Of a stretch of 33,906 nt of DNA, positions 11,101 through 19,880 are shown piece after piece. A model generated the notes under the pieces. The model was not told the origin of the DNA, searched no databases, and saw nothing but the letters and a program-made list of their open reading frames with translations. The stretch lies in the NCBI GenBank assembly GCA_003614675.1, contig ML002400.1, positions 1 to 33,906 of the forward strand. The letters are read 5' to 3'. Origin of the DNA: Dimargaris cristalligena (Eukaryota). Both the position numbers and the translations under genes were made by a program. How positions within the stretch are numbered: position 1 is the first letter of the stretch; each line of letters opens with the position of its first letter.

Positions 11101-14038
11101 CTGGGTCATGGATAATAGCCGCAGCAACTACCGGGCCAGTGGTAAGGTTGAGACTCGATTGGACCTGTAGAATAAAGTCCGAGTAGTCATCCAGGTCCAC
11201 AATTTTCTCTAATACCAGAAGGTCATGGATTGTGGCCGCCTCTGTTGGGATTGACTGAGTCCAACTCTGGCTATTTTCACTGAGTTGGAACCTTGCCCGG
11301 AGAATATCATGGTGGTTAAGTAAGGTAACAAGGGAATCAGTGAGTTTAGAGTGGGATAGTGGGAAATGAGGGTCAACCTGCAAATAAAAGGACTGGTTAA
11401 AATGACTGGGAGTCTTAAAAGGAAGATTGGTAAACCAGTGCTGAATGGGTGTGAGAGTTACATCACCCTTAACTTGGCCCTGGTAAGCAATGTCAGTATC
11501 CGAAATGGCACTGCTTTCTTGCTGAAGGTACAGAGCCTGTTCATTTAGTTTAGGGTACTGGTAGACTAGAGGTATGGTAAACTGATAACCCAGCTGTTGG
11601 AATCTGGATACAAGTAGAATAGCTGAGATTGAGTCACCACCAATCCTAAAGAAATGATCAGAAGTTCTAATTTTATCGGCGCCCTTCTGTAAAACCTGGG
11701 CCCAGGCCTTTTGGAGATCGTACTCGATAGATGAGAGTGGCTTTTCATCAAATGGTGATGTAGATGATTGGTTTACAAGGTGGTCGATTGGTGGAAGGGC
11801 CCTGCGATCTAATTTGCCGTTAACAGTTACCTGAAACTCTAACACTGGTACTAGTATTTGAGGGACCATCTGCTTAGCCAGACGACTGGAAAGGAAGTTT
11901 TGAAGGGAGACAGAGTCTAGATCGGCCGGGCTAGTATACAAAACAAGGGTATCTTGGACTATCGTTGCCACACAGTTTTTTAATCCACTGAAGCTGCCTG
12001 CCACGTGTTCAATTTCCTCGAGCTCGATGCGAAACCCACGCAGCTTAACTTGGTTGTCAATGCGGCCCAGAAATTCGAGTGTACCATTGGGGAGCCACCG
12101 AACACGATCACCAGACCGGTAGACCTGGCCGGGGCCATGGGGGCTAGTAATGAATTTAGATTTGGTTAATTCAGGTAGATTTTGGTAACCGCGAGAAAGA
12201 CCAGATCCTCCAATAAGCAACTCGCCAGGGACACCCACCGGCACTAATTGAAGTTGGTCATCCACCACAAAGTTGGTGACATTACTAAGAGGTCGGCCGA
12301 TCGAAATCTCATCACCAGGACTGATAATAGCTATGCTACTAAAAATGGTGGTTTCGGCCGGCCCATACCCGTTGATTAAGGTGCAATGGCTCGCCCATTG
12401 TGCCTGGAGTTCAGCTGTAAAGGGCTCCCCACCAATTGTAACTGTCTTCAGATTTCGAAAATCAACGGGGTTAAGCCGGGAAAGAAAGGAAGGGGTAAAA
12501 TCCGCTGTATCAACACTCTGTAAGTCCGCGACTATATTGGTAGTAGGGACAATCACGGTCCCCCCGGTACAAAGCCCGTAAAGTACTTCGAATACCATCC
12601 AGTCAAAGGCAACCGACATCATCAATATTGACTGGCGAGTCCCGCAATAGAATTCCATTATAGAGGGATTAGTAATAACGCTGGCCAGATTTTGGTGCTC
12701 AACAAGTATACCCTTGGGACGCCCTGTGGTACCAGAGGTATAAATAACATAAGCAAGGTCGTGTCGGGCTGATGGGTGTGGTTGGAAATCCGATGGATCT
12801 GAGTCGGGTGTTAATAAAGTGAAAGGGTCCACAACTAACGCAGGAATACAAGACTGGGGCGGTATAATGCAATAGGTCGATTCAGCGACAAGCACTAATT
12901 CCGCACCGCTATCCTCTAGAATATACTCAACACGTTCGACAGGGTATTCCGGGTCGATAGGCACATATGCAGCACCGGATTTGAGTACTGCAAGCAGTGC
13001 GATGACGTAAGCGAACGACTTGGAAATCAGCAGGGCAAATCGAGTCTCGGGTCGGGCACCGTACTGAGTGACCAGAACCTGAGCCAGATTGGAACTACAC
13101 GAATTTAGCTGGTGATAGGTCCATTTATATTGACCATGGATGACGGAGATGCTGTGAGGAATGTCTAGAGCTCTGGCGCAGAAAATCTGATGCACAGGCT
13201 GGTCCACGCACCGGATGGGTTCGTTCACGCGGGAGAAGGCCATCAAACGGACCCGTTCTTGCTCACTAATCCAAGGAATATTGCAGATTGATACGGGCGG
13301 CTGACTAGGATCCTTCACAGGCCAGACCCGGGTCACAGCACCTAAAATGGTACCCAATTGACTGGCGAATTCCTCAATGGCAGAGACCCGGAAGGTATTG
13401 CGCGAATACGTAATGTTCAGCACGGAAGAGCCATCCACAGTGGCAAGGTCAATGAGCAATTTAACCCCCATTGTGGTCACCATTGTGGAGGGAAAGGCTT
13501 CGTGATTGGTGGCACTAGAGTAGCTTAAATCGCCGGAGGTACAGCTGGATGCATGCCCGGGGACTCCGGATATACTACACCGTAGGATAACCTCGGGCGA
13601 TAGCGACGACTTGGAGCTGGAATTTGATGATTGGCTGACAGTGCCGTCAAAGACTATGGGCGGTCCCTGGCACTCATCAACGGCTTCGATTAAGGCGGCA
13701 ACTTTGATATCGGGGTCGACGTTGAACAATACCCAGACCAGGGAATCCCGAGCGAAGTTGGAAATCTTGATGGGTCCGGATAAGTAGCCGAATGCCACCT
13801 CTGGCTGGTTATAGTAGCGGCTCAGTAAGATGGCGAGAGAAGCCAAGGCCAACTTGCTAAATTCGGATACTGGATAAGGCTGAATCGTTTCGGGTAGAAG
13901 CTTGTGTTGGTAGGTTTCGATACCATGCTGGACCGAGCGCGGTTTGCCAAGGGGCAATCCGATCTTCGGATAAAACTCGGCAGGGACAGGCGTAAATAAG
14001 GCCGCATCATTAGTGGTCTGGTTGGAGTGTTGGGACAT
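2168..14038 (-). CDS. Multimodular nonribosomal peptide synthetase, ~3956 aa, intronless: partial C-A1-T1-E-C-(degenerate A-T-C)-A3-T3-R
   Basis: One continuous ORF; first ATG at 14038 (MSQHSNQ). A1: YVIYTSGTTGRPKG, NGYGPAETT, YRSGD, QVKLRGFRIEL, NGKLDR. T1: FFRIGGDSI. E: HHILVDLVSW, EGHGRE, RTVGWFTSVYP. C: HHSLMDGWS. A3: YIIFTSGTTGLPKG, YGPTETT, LYRTGDL, NGKIDK. T3: FFSMGGHSI. R: TGATGFLG, GYDQTKWVA. Confidence 0.95.
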   Translation of the reverse strand: MSQHSNQTTNDAALFTPVPAEFYPKIGLPLGKPRSVQHGIETYQHKLLPETIQPYPVSEFSKLALASLAILLSRYYNQPEVAFGYLSGPIKISNFARDSLVWVLFNVDPDIKVAALIEAVDECQGPPIVFDGTVSQSSNSSSKSSLSPEVILRCSISGVPGHASSCTSGDLSYSSATNHEAFPSTMVTTMGVKLLIDLATVDGSSVLNITYSRNTFRVSAIEEFASQLGTILGAVTRVWPVKDPSQPPVSICNIPWISEQERVRLMAFSRVNEPIRCVDQPVHQIFCARALDIPHSISVIHGQYKWTYHQLNSCSSNLAQVLVTQYGARPETRFALLISKSFAYVIALLAVLKSGAAYVPIDPEYPVERVEYILEDSGAELVLVAESTYCIIPPQSCIPALVVDPFTLLTPDSDPSDFQPHPSARHDLAYVIYTSGTTGRPKGILVEHQNLASVITNPSIMEFYCGTRQSILMMSVAFDWMVFEVLYGLCTGGTVIVPTTNIVADLQSVDTADFTPSFLSRLNPVDFRNLKTVTIGGEPFTAELQAQWASHCTLINGYGPAETTIFSSIAIISPGDEISIGRPLSNVTNFVVDDQLQLVPVGVPGELLIGGSGLSRGYQNLPELTKSKFITSPHGPGQVYRSGDRVRWLPNGTLEFLGRIDNQVKLRGFRIELEEIEHVAGSFSGLKNCVATIVQDTLVLYTSPADLDSVSLQNFLSSRLAKQMVPQILVPVLEFQVTVNGKLDRRALPPIDHLVNQSSTSPFDEKPLSSIEYDLQKAWAQVLQKGADKIRTSDHFFRIGGDSISAILLVSRFQQLGYQFTIPLVYQYPKLNEQALYLQQESSAISDTDIAYQGQVKGDVTLTPIQHWFTNLPFKTPSHFNQSFYLQVDPHFPLSHSKLTDSLVTLLNHHDILRARFQLSENSQSWTQSIPTEAATIHDLLVLEKIVDLDDYSDFILQVQSSLNLTTGPVVAAAIIHDPAEPSNTQLFFTIHHILVDLVSWRILIEDLNSLFLDKPLPPKTMSFQTWSNLLADYCSTLSADVWPMQVDPNHPIPDIYALLPPVEISTEKYPAARLSASLEFDSKSTNTLLFQLASQWRVTPQYILLATFAQAFSTTIGVSQISFCMEGHGREPWTTDQNITRTVGWFTSVYPLVLQIQPGQSLLQLLQYTKEALQRIPAKGFPYLVVKYMPGVKVDEKRKLMAKTPERMDVQFNYFGQFSNSSTHQGSDPVSIEWSDSFGLHDFAPQDYIVFDLNPMPTIVGDCLRLIMEYNPQVYHSDVITKVMSSWYQNLAELTSMSIQSGNMTNEPLLTKYDFPHLALSDTGFQTILTQIHQRGISLAQVEDILPCVTIQGGLLMNLTSDPSAYLIQMAIKLTGQLDVDRLVQAWASVANQHSPLRTYFIESPNTLSQGFLQVVLSSLSTSWTISDQPLDSLEVFFIENRWQGFSLQEHMVRNFVFPTTNSQVHEIIITIHHSLMDGWSLPLLLQEWMVAYHNHMLAVPPPQTNFPTVVKYISQSDPALAQVFWARYLHNAIITPAPLLYPKYIGPVGHTVYSTLLDISKAQLIQATQSIGISIATLFQAAYALVLGRLLNQDDVTFGMIISGRNLNIPSMDTVIGPCTNTVPYRAQLGSSPLGSWLESLYKDQVDMIPFECSQLIDIAQWGDLGHTGPLFHTLLGFENFPNLVPNQTHELTLSDIYIHEFTQYPLAINFVEQPSSIQVKAFYSTNIYSETSITQIVNMVQVVLQQIIICDPQTPIDQLTLSKPIAQPSAIGLKQNTCNPSSALGSQSLAQVWDGIIHSHPDHLVYQSNELDLSVSQLDLLANSLVVCTNAIITDFPPTIIALVGDISQLFVYLVATIKMDAYLIVQSNTRNIEQIAQDLALSKPHVVWCPDSFPNEYLTYLPENTNLIKIPTDSTSIPVNDTVLNQYHMTKSNTSGISLQFITGWSPTGPILLTINTVNIKHTLALAESYISNRNGYTFDPSLDLGSLEVTWLILSCLLFSVTVGSPHNINPAYCHITPAHRFTHEYHNMDQLVLVNLAHTIPSDLINLDKPSLLCLVYNVSLFHGYCLVPGDQLATFTLPIMDSPFGDNSLVVFDQWGHPCPPGVPGYLGFANIRNSNNIQQTGDLGLAYYNSDNHICILGPKSQWVNLQDQRAHLGVLEQALLQVGAICPQVLVLPNSQLVVIVNHVSKEELARLQTSIAPPVVPKVLFPDAIISTKGFPHVADYTEKSYHRVQYFAQAYLASLPLDQVGALKETEWWLTVFINELCLPLKSNSDYLMSPIPQSQLKLTLAQWERLQFCIHQKYGIILTIRDIFNCNNLQSLAQVITSQLLKAEWNLKSKGFITDAPQQLGIVLSSPSITDYQQNIWSLSKYTDTLRTFYYCCEFTSTETIAITYIQKSINQLVAQFEALRSCFTTSGGILACHILPNVQIKVIEYAMPGSLESEYIDFTSEKVQFNLQQGILIQATLYQFAQPPAGGVKSAINFYVHEIVGNSMLFQNLAELLKQGIDNQKLDIFEPQHVMLNNNNHQSSEADINYWSSLLHDPPTKLSLYADYIQTYSTNLQCSVVETNLDKDLDIMLSSFTSCESVCESIIWVSVFTAFILRVSGQEDIIIDFNKYDLGPTELSTTTSISTNMSHPIRYTGGLPNTLSELVHRFTQQCQVSMVHTVPNNETLGAELGLPMFYRVAGMARIGVLFRPLNFNSNRPGVQIIHSKQPQTLFPYDLQLVVDRQNTAAQLQLRYNPATFKYETARSLLLNFTSYIKYVFTSGQYIKSAQLACPTEVQLLLRNFVHGPPNSTILKNPKLNVLDIFFTTVKKYPNYIAIELGNQTQTFTGLAHNVQGLACYLQQVPVKPGDKVAVIVDNHSNTIICMLAIWSIGAIYVPVNSTLPFSRQKYMVETAQCSHIVNASVADAEWPTAVSMANLTFDNSQPICYSSVHPIQPDDLAYIIFTSGTTGLPKGVMVQHNSLANIICNDSFKDIWKPAQRVLSVNPPGFDAYLFTVLSFILNGSTMVFYEDTFLTVLPTVQCAYLTVSIISSIEPHYYPQLRTLMCGAEHFPLELAEKWAPFVTLYNCYGPTETTIISHWAQMPHNGIITIGRPIANYECYILDAYLQLVPIGAVGEIYIGGIGVSQGYINRSDLNPVKFIKNIFTGQGRLYRTGDLGRWLPDGQIQCLGRTDNQIKIRGFRVELDEIDSTILHHPQIRTSATILSHATNGDQVLVSYIVPKFTGPSNYTTRESSGKPLIIGEDEGPDNYLYSLVSEVRESLNNTLPSYSIPSCFVPLTHLPVNANGKIDKLSLPCHKAFQSSEKYRPYAPTMRDISSISDVSNHLVNYSPTQISLNKIWQHILDLDSATPLHSNFFSMGGHSILATRLAIQVQKVFGANIPHSLVFREPTIYGMANEIDRLMLAGTTNTVNIPPAEKIAQIVSSQKAYSADLNTNSTPDLNLVEPANTYSTDFDTLVHQLPPLLINTHNNRAFKSFIFPDQVRSGGAPTFFLTGATGFLGTFILTNLLSHFPSATVYCLARAQDPNRAFDRIKTSCINRLVWQSQWDITEFEPDFHIQTNSKVNWSVGYGSQQIRAIVGDLAQPHLGITEVEWKSLAEIVDVVIHNGAQIHWMHPYEKLRGPNVLGTLEALKLATTHHIKPFHFISTLSVFTNDYPTHLTKSNKEGYSTDNTFPVSPPSTPDITPTAQSRIVIGIPESDNLEGSRLSIPAGYDQTKWVADKLILEAQSRGYPCTIVRPGFIVGASQSGVVNTDDFLWRFVKGCIQLGKAPTMDSAMAMCPVDYAAEVIVQVAINPDALAVGTFHIDMATRFSYNNIFDHIRMLGFTLDAVAYTNWCNYLKAAVKRPVDNALYPLLLFVLDSLPEMMDFPAIDTSHTQTFCQANNVHCPPISDVMDSCLAYMANTGFISPLPPKDTSLDSRHSTLSLLDGAPPLIPNDNSSI
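2260..3530 (-). other. Terminal thioester reductase (R) domain, Lys2/alpha-aminoadipate-reductase-like (approximate bounds)
   Basis: FLTGATGFLG Rossmann motif, HNGAQIHWMHPYEKLRGPNVLGT, YxxxK (GYDQTKW), RPGFIVGASQSGVVNTDDFLWRFVKGCIQLG, DNALYPLL. Confidence 0.9.
3800..5600 (-). other. NRPS module 3: intact adenylation domain plus T domain (GGHSI) (approximate bounds)
   Basis: Core A motifs present (GAIYVP, TSGTTGLPKG, FDA, YGPTE, GEIYIGGIGV, YRTGDL, QIKIRGFRVEL, LPSYSIP, NGKIDK). GGHS is the T type normally followed by C/R/TE. Confidence 0.9.
5700..8660 (-). other. Degenerate internal A-T-C module kept in frame (approximate bounds)
   Basis: A remnants: FITGWSPTGP in place of YTSGTTGxPKG, DQWGHPCPPGVPGYL, QWVNLQDQRAHLGVLEQAL; no NGK lysine motif. 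The T-like helical bundle lacks GGxS. The C-like domain has HEIVGNS in place of HHxxxDG. Confidence 0.8.
8780..11460 (-). other. Epimerization domain (about 10150-11460) followed by a DCL-type condensation domain (about 8780-10020)
   Basis: E: LTPIQHWF, HHILVDLVSW, MEGHGREP, RTVGWFTSVYP, FNYFGQF. C: IQGGLL, HSPLRTYF, HHSLMDGWS, DDVTFGMIISGRN, IGPCTNTVP. The preceding T1 has GGDS, typical of a T before E. Confidence 0.9.
11560..13200 (-). other. NRPS module 1: intact adenylation domain plus T domain (GGDSI) (approximate bounds)
   Basis: LKSGAAYVPIDP, YVIYTSGTTGRPKG, AFD, NGYGPAETT, GELLIGGSGLSRGY, GRIDNQVKLRGFRIELEEIE, NGKLDR, FFRIGGDSI. Confidence 0.92.
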
Positions 14039-14202
14039 TTGTAGCAAGGGAAATGGGAAGGTTGAAATATTCAAACGAATACCGAGGTTTGGGCCGGTGG
14101 AAAAACTGTAGCGATTATTGGCACGAATTGCACAGAGTGAGAATGGAGTGTTCAGTAGTTGTGGTTGACTAATAGGCCAATGGTTGACGATTTCGGGTGA
14201 TT

Positions 14203-14208
14203 TTTATA
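14203..14208 (-). promoter_or_regulatory. Candidate TATA box for the large NRPS
   Basis: TATAAA on the minus strand about 165 bp upstream of ATG 14038. Motif and position only. Confidence 0.3.
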
Positions 14209-17200
14209 CTACGTTAGTAAGGACAGCTCTATCTCGCTGGTCATTTGGATTTAGTAAGGGTAATTCAATTTGCCAAGTATTTTCTAGCGTAAAGAGATTA
14301 ATAAACCGGTTTTTAGTTTGCGTATTGTCTCTCTGCCAGCTTTTTTTGAATATGGGTGAAGTTCAGCTTGGTTGTATAAGGTTTTAACTGGTATGTGTAT
14401 GGGAAAATCGGTGGGATGTATATTTTCAATCAGTAGTATTTGCCTCATCAAATGGATTTTTCGTTATACAGCCTTGCTGAACTACTCCCATATCTTTATA
14501 GTCATCAAGGGACACGCGATGCACTGTTTATGCCAAAACAGGTATTTGGTTTTCCCGCGAGGCTCGGGGCATTATGTATTTTATTCCGGACAATCTGCGG
14601 AGTATACCAATATAAAAACTAAATATGTCTACTGCCTATTTGAATGATTGCATGATAGTCATGCTTGAAACCGGAACTATCATGCTTTTTGAATATTTGG
14701 ACAAGACTGTCAAATATCGATTGCTGAGATTTGAGGCAGGCATTTGGTCTATTTGCAAATAATTGTGTACCCATAATATTGTATACCTATGTTCCATACA
14801 TTGATTCAGTACTCATTCACCCCTGATACTTTCTTGAAATCGACGTGACTTGGTCAGTGGTGTTCTTTTAACGGTAGACCTGGGAATGGCCGCGTGAGCG
14901 GCTTGGTTACAAATATTACTCTGGTGGCAATAGGCCTTTCTAATTAACGTAGGTCTGTATGTTATTCATATTAGCTGTACCCATACCCAACTTCAACTTT
15001 ATAGAACTTGCTCTCAGTGGATTTAATATCTAATAGCGATGTAGCACCAGCCACCCATACTTGAAGAGAGGATAGTTGGTCATAAGTATTGGTCGGTATT
15101 TAGTGTGTTTGAATAGAATATGAATTGACCACCAAGGTTCGCATTGTGGGGGGTATCATCGCCCGCCTAGACTCTCCGCTGTATTTAGGCAAGGGGGTTT
15201 TTGTCGATGACACATTGTCTTAGACCCGCTATATTTTGCCAGTGAGGTATCGTAAGCATAGATACTAATGTTGTTCACTCAGCTGATTGTACAGTTGCAC
15301 TGAGCCAATGCTAAGCTAAGATAGCAAAGTAGATTTCTAGTTAACTATAGCAATAATTTACGCAGGTGATGCAGAGAGTATTCAGCAATATCACTGAAAT
15401 AGCCGATGAGGCCGGCATTGCTTAAAGACAACTCGCCGAGTCCGCTGAAAGTGGTTCTGTAAAAATGTAACGCAGCGTGTGTCCTACCACATTGGGTATC
15501 TTGTGATACCTGACGCAAATATCAGCCCCCTGCATTAGTCGATAGGGCATAATATATCTAGTGTCATCACAAAATTAAGATCTGACCCACTTCGGTTGCC
15601 AAGTGATACATTTGTTTTTTTTTGCAGTCCTTTGACAAGTAATGGCTTTCGGTCGAGTAGTAGAACGCGGTGAAATTTTTGGACCGGGTTAGTAGTGTCT
15701 TGGCTTAACCAAGTACTCGCCAACTAAAATATAAAATGATGACTAAAAACTATTCGACGAACATATATTAAGCAAGCCTCGAGATATTTTATAGATTCCT
15801 TACGAAGTCACTCCTAATGTACATTTAACATACATTTCTGCAATGTGGATAAGGGAATGTGGGTTAATAATACCGCTGAATCATTCCCTGATGACCACTG
15901 AGATACCTAGCATGACTGGGGTACTTACTGCTACAAATATCGAGACATATACGTTACCCCCCTCTACTATCCAGGCAACTTCTCTCTATTGGATTATTAT
16001 TCTTAAATATCGAGTTCTATTGTCAAAGCGGCAGACGGCTTGGCTGCCCGATTGTAAAACAGGTTAAGCTAAAGGGCTATATAAGCAGTCGTCAGTTGAC
16101 GAATTCGTGACAATGAAGGTCCGTTCTCATATCTGTAACTCTACTTGCTATTATGGCAGGTATGCTATTGGTTTTAGCCCGGTTGGGAAGTATGGCTCAC
16201 CAATCAAGACCATGTAAATGCCTAAAACGACTGACACCAGTAAAACCCACTATGCAACCAAGTGTGCCTTCTTTCCGTTCTTTCTGAGTCGATTGCCCTT
16301 CGGAGGTATTTAGCCACTTATGATTAGGTCGGCTTGAAAATTGTAGGTTTTCCGGTCGACAACAGGTCAAATATATAGGTAACATATAGGTTAGACTTGG
16401 GTGTTTATTTTTAATTCTATACCGCCAGGGGATAGATCGGCCGTTTATAGTCAGGATTTTATCACAATGTTTCTAATTATATTCAACGATATTTTTGCAT
16501 CGACCACTTGGATTCCCAATATATTTAGCTGTATATAAGTACCGTACCACGTATATTATACTTTATAACTAGTTCGCCAGCTAAAATACCACCCATCTCT
16601 CTACCCTCTGAAGACCTAACAATTGACTGGGACTTCCGGTTGAGACCTGGGATCACTTAACCTGACAATGCATCTCAAGACCACACCGAGCTCTGGAGAC
16701 TTATCATTTATAATTCCAACGATGACGACTATTAGGCACTAGATAGACGAGTAGCGGTCAAGTAGTTTATTAAGAACAAGCCAGGTGTTGGCAATTAGGA
16801 GTCGCAGTAGAGTAGGTGGCTACTAAGTGGGCAATTGTATTTGGATATATAAAGATAACAATTGAAGGCGAACAGACACAATAACATATGGGAGATGTTC
16901 ATTCAGGCTGTATAACGAAAAATCCATTGGATGAGGCCAATATTACTGGTTAAAAGCTATTTTCACATATTTTCGCCCATACACGTATTATGTAAAGCCC
17001 TATACAGCTGGTTTGAATTTCATCCATATCAATAATTAGGGAGAAAGGGAAGAAATTTCTGTCGGTAGATCACAAACATGTCATACGAATAGACGATAGT
17101 CAAAATATTCAGGGGGGACATAATGGGAGGATCCATAATAACTTATATATCGGTAGAGAAGATTGCTTGTGTAAGAATCACCATGTTGACAAGTATTTGA

Positions 17201-17599
17201 AGATGAGATACTCATAGAATAGCCAGGGTATGTCCCCAAGGTACCGTTACAAATGAATGCAAAACGGCAGCAGTAGTAAATTCAAGAGCAATCTAGTTAC
17301 CAGATTATCCTGGACCTCGTGTTACAGATGTGTTAAAGACTTTACCGAGGACTGGTGCCATGCTGAATGCATTGTAATAGCCTTGTACTATACTGGCGCG
17401 GTGGCCATTGAAACTAAACTAAAATTACTACAAAAAATACTACATAGAACCCGAGGGGGTTCCTATAAACGATCAGGCCAATATAATGGATAACCTGAAT
17501 TGAACAGGGGGGGAGGAAGTGGAGGGTGGTTAACATTTCCAAGTGCCTTGTCAAGTATCAATCATCACGGGGTGGTTCGGCGTTGGTCAGGAAAAAAAC

Positions 17600-18184
17600 T
17601 TAAAATTGGGTAGAAATATTACACTTTCCAGGTGTGTTGGGTGAACTTTCGGTGGTTATAATTTGGGGCGGGAATTTGCCGATCCGAATAGACCGATGCA
17701 TCGGGTGTTTTACGCACACTTCTCGCAGAACACTAGGGCCTTTCTCTCAACGATGCCGAGGAATAGGGTGTCGGCTTCACTCGTCCGGCGGTGGGGGGGG
17801 CATGAGGAGGTCCACCTCTTCAACTGGCTCAGGAGATAAATTATTTCTGGCCACATCCTGGCCTCTCTGAGTGTAAGGTTCAGGAAGAGGAGGTTCCGGA
17901 GGAAGCCTGCCAATCTTCACCAGAGACCTCACAGTCCGAGGCAGAGGAGGTGTCTGACGACGCCGCACGCTGGTTGCCCACAAGGGAAAAGGAGGAATTG
18001 AAGGTAGCTGAGGATGCTGCACCCACTCTCCATGAAGGTGGGGCGGGGGAGGAGGAAGAGGAGGCGGGCCACTTAATCCCCCCGGAGGTGACGGAGGACA
18101 CGGCCTTCTATATTGCTGGGGCTAACGGCGGTCAGTTTTGTCATTGGAATAGTAGCCGTTATTATTGGGATGGTTGGGATACAT
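17600..18184 (-). pseudogene. Small Pro-rich reading frame interrupted by in-frame stops
   Basis: From ATG 18184: MYPNHPNNNGYYSNDKTDRR*PQQYRRPCPPSPPGG...MPPPPPDE*SRHPIPRHR*EKGP...STQF*. Stops are TAG 18124-18122, TGA 17779-17777, TGA 17749-17747 and final TAA 17602-17600. It is a GC-rich island in AT-rich DNA with TATAAATA on the minus strand at about 18381-18388. Confidence 0.4.
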
Positions 18185-18598
18185 CTAAATAGCTGTAAAC
18201 CGCTGATGGTTGGGACGCTAAAATTGAACAGTACAGAGGAGGCGAGGAAGGAGGGGGGGAGGAAGCGGTGCCTGTGGCACGAGGGAGGGTAATTGGGCCA
18301 ATATTGGAATTACAAGTAATGTGCGAAGAATGGGGATCAAGGTTGGATCTGATGAGTGAAATAGACAGGGTAAATCGGGGTATTTATAGGCCAGTCGACT
18401 TTAAATAAACCATTCATTCCCCCAACTAACATCGGGTACCTCGTGCATGGGCATTTACTAAATTGATTAAGTCTGTCACGTGAGAGCACTCCGAAATATT
18501 TAATGCATCTTTTTATGTTACCAATTACTGCTGGAGCTTACCATATAAAGCGATTGTCCCCTTTGTTGATTTTCGACTATATTTAATTTATTTTTCGA

Positions 18599-18659
18599 GT
18601 GTGTATATATGTGTATGTGTGTGTGCGTGCGCGGAAGAGGGAGAGTGAGAGTGAGAGTG
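18599..18659. repeat. Compound microsatellite (GT/AT/GC dinucleotides, then GAGAGT x3)
   Basis: gtgtgtatatatgtgtatgtgtgtgtgcgtgcgcg...gagagtgagagtgagagtg. Confidence 0.7.
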
Positions 18660-19880
18660 GGTATTCTTCCACAGCGGCTTGCTAAGCAAATAAATGGATA
18701 ACCGTAATTCTTGTAATTACGATGCGGTCAATTTGGTTCACCTGTTCCAAACAACCAGGGTTAAAGCCCGACTTTTCATGGACGATGTCGATGATTCTAC
18801 AGCCCCGGGACTCTTGGTTGGCGCAGGGGGGGGGGATAGGATGGACGCAGGCCAGCTACATTCACGCGGTCCCAAATGAAGTAGGCGCAAACCTGTACAC
18901 GTCATAGTTGGTCCAATATTTCGGAAGGTTATCAGGCTATCTTCCTGGAAAACATTGGAGTGCCTAAGAAAAATAAAGTGATTGTTTGGGTTGTTGATCG
19001 CATGTCTATGGCCCCGACGCGAACTTCAAACCCTTTATGTCTGCCTAATCCCTGGCAACTGCACGGGAATTCATTAGATCCAGTAGTTGGCTCCAATGAA
19101 CAAAGGCCACACTTGCCGTTTCCGTTTTTTATGACATTTTATCAACAATGGAAATATAATGAAAGTGATGCTATAACCAAGATCGGCTACTGTTGTATAG
19201 GACAGCCGATCTGAAAGATTAAGAGCAAGTGGTACAGTACCTGGTCAAGTGGAGGTTGCCGTTAGTACAAGTATCAAATCAGCATAATTCAATAGGAAAC
19301 GGGAGGGTGGAAATTAAAGTCCGTATCATCGAAATGCTACTTTGGTGTATTGGGCCTAAATTTAACTAATCCAGTTAGTGGGGAACGTTTTAGAACAAGG
19401 AATTATTTAAGCATAGTTTGTATCCGCACCAACACTCCTTATATGCAATTGAACCCGGTGTAGGGGGAGGTGGGAATTGTGCCCGCACTATTAATTGAAA
19501 CAGCGACCCTTAATAATTAACACGACCAGATTTAGGAAAACTACGTAGAACCGGTGTTATAGAAGAGACACATTGGCCAGTCTGTATAACAAGACTTATC
19601 GCTGGTCAGATTAATTATGCAGCTACGTGGTATTTCATTCATATTTAGTGTGCCCTTTACGATGAACTCCACCGACTATACCCCTCTCGTGATTAGAATC
19701 GAATGCGTGAAAAGTAAATTAATAATAATTTATTGGGGATGCTTGCTTTAGTTTAATAATACTACATTGGATATTTTGGTATGTAAATGGCCTATTCCCT
19801 AGTTTAGGGGGAGGGAACTAATCGACCATCTGACTATGGGAATAAAACATGGGGAAATGCGGTGTTCATGGTAGGGTGGA

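Noticed and set aside
14039-14074. ORF-track start of the NRPS at 14074
   Set aside because: It is a TTG; in a eukaryote the first in-frame ATG at 14038 is the more plausible start.
14554-14568. CCG...CGG near-palindrome upstream of the NRPS as a Zn2Cys6 site
   Set aside because: Single occurrence of a very short motif; cannot be supported.
14650-14690. 10-bp inverted repeat gcatgatagt/actatcatgc followed by TTTTT
   Set aside because: Resembles a bacterial intrinsic terminator, but the context is eukaryotic intergenic DNA with no credible upstream gene; short enough to be chance.
14184-17493. Short ORFs in the long AT-rich spacer
   Set aside because: No motifs, often non-ATG starts, lengths near chance expectation.
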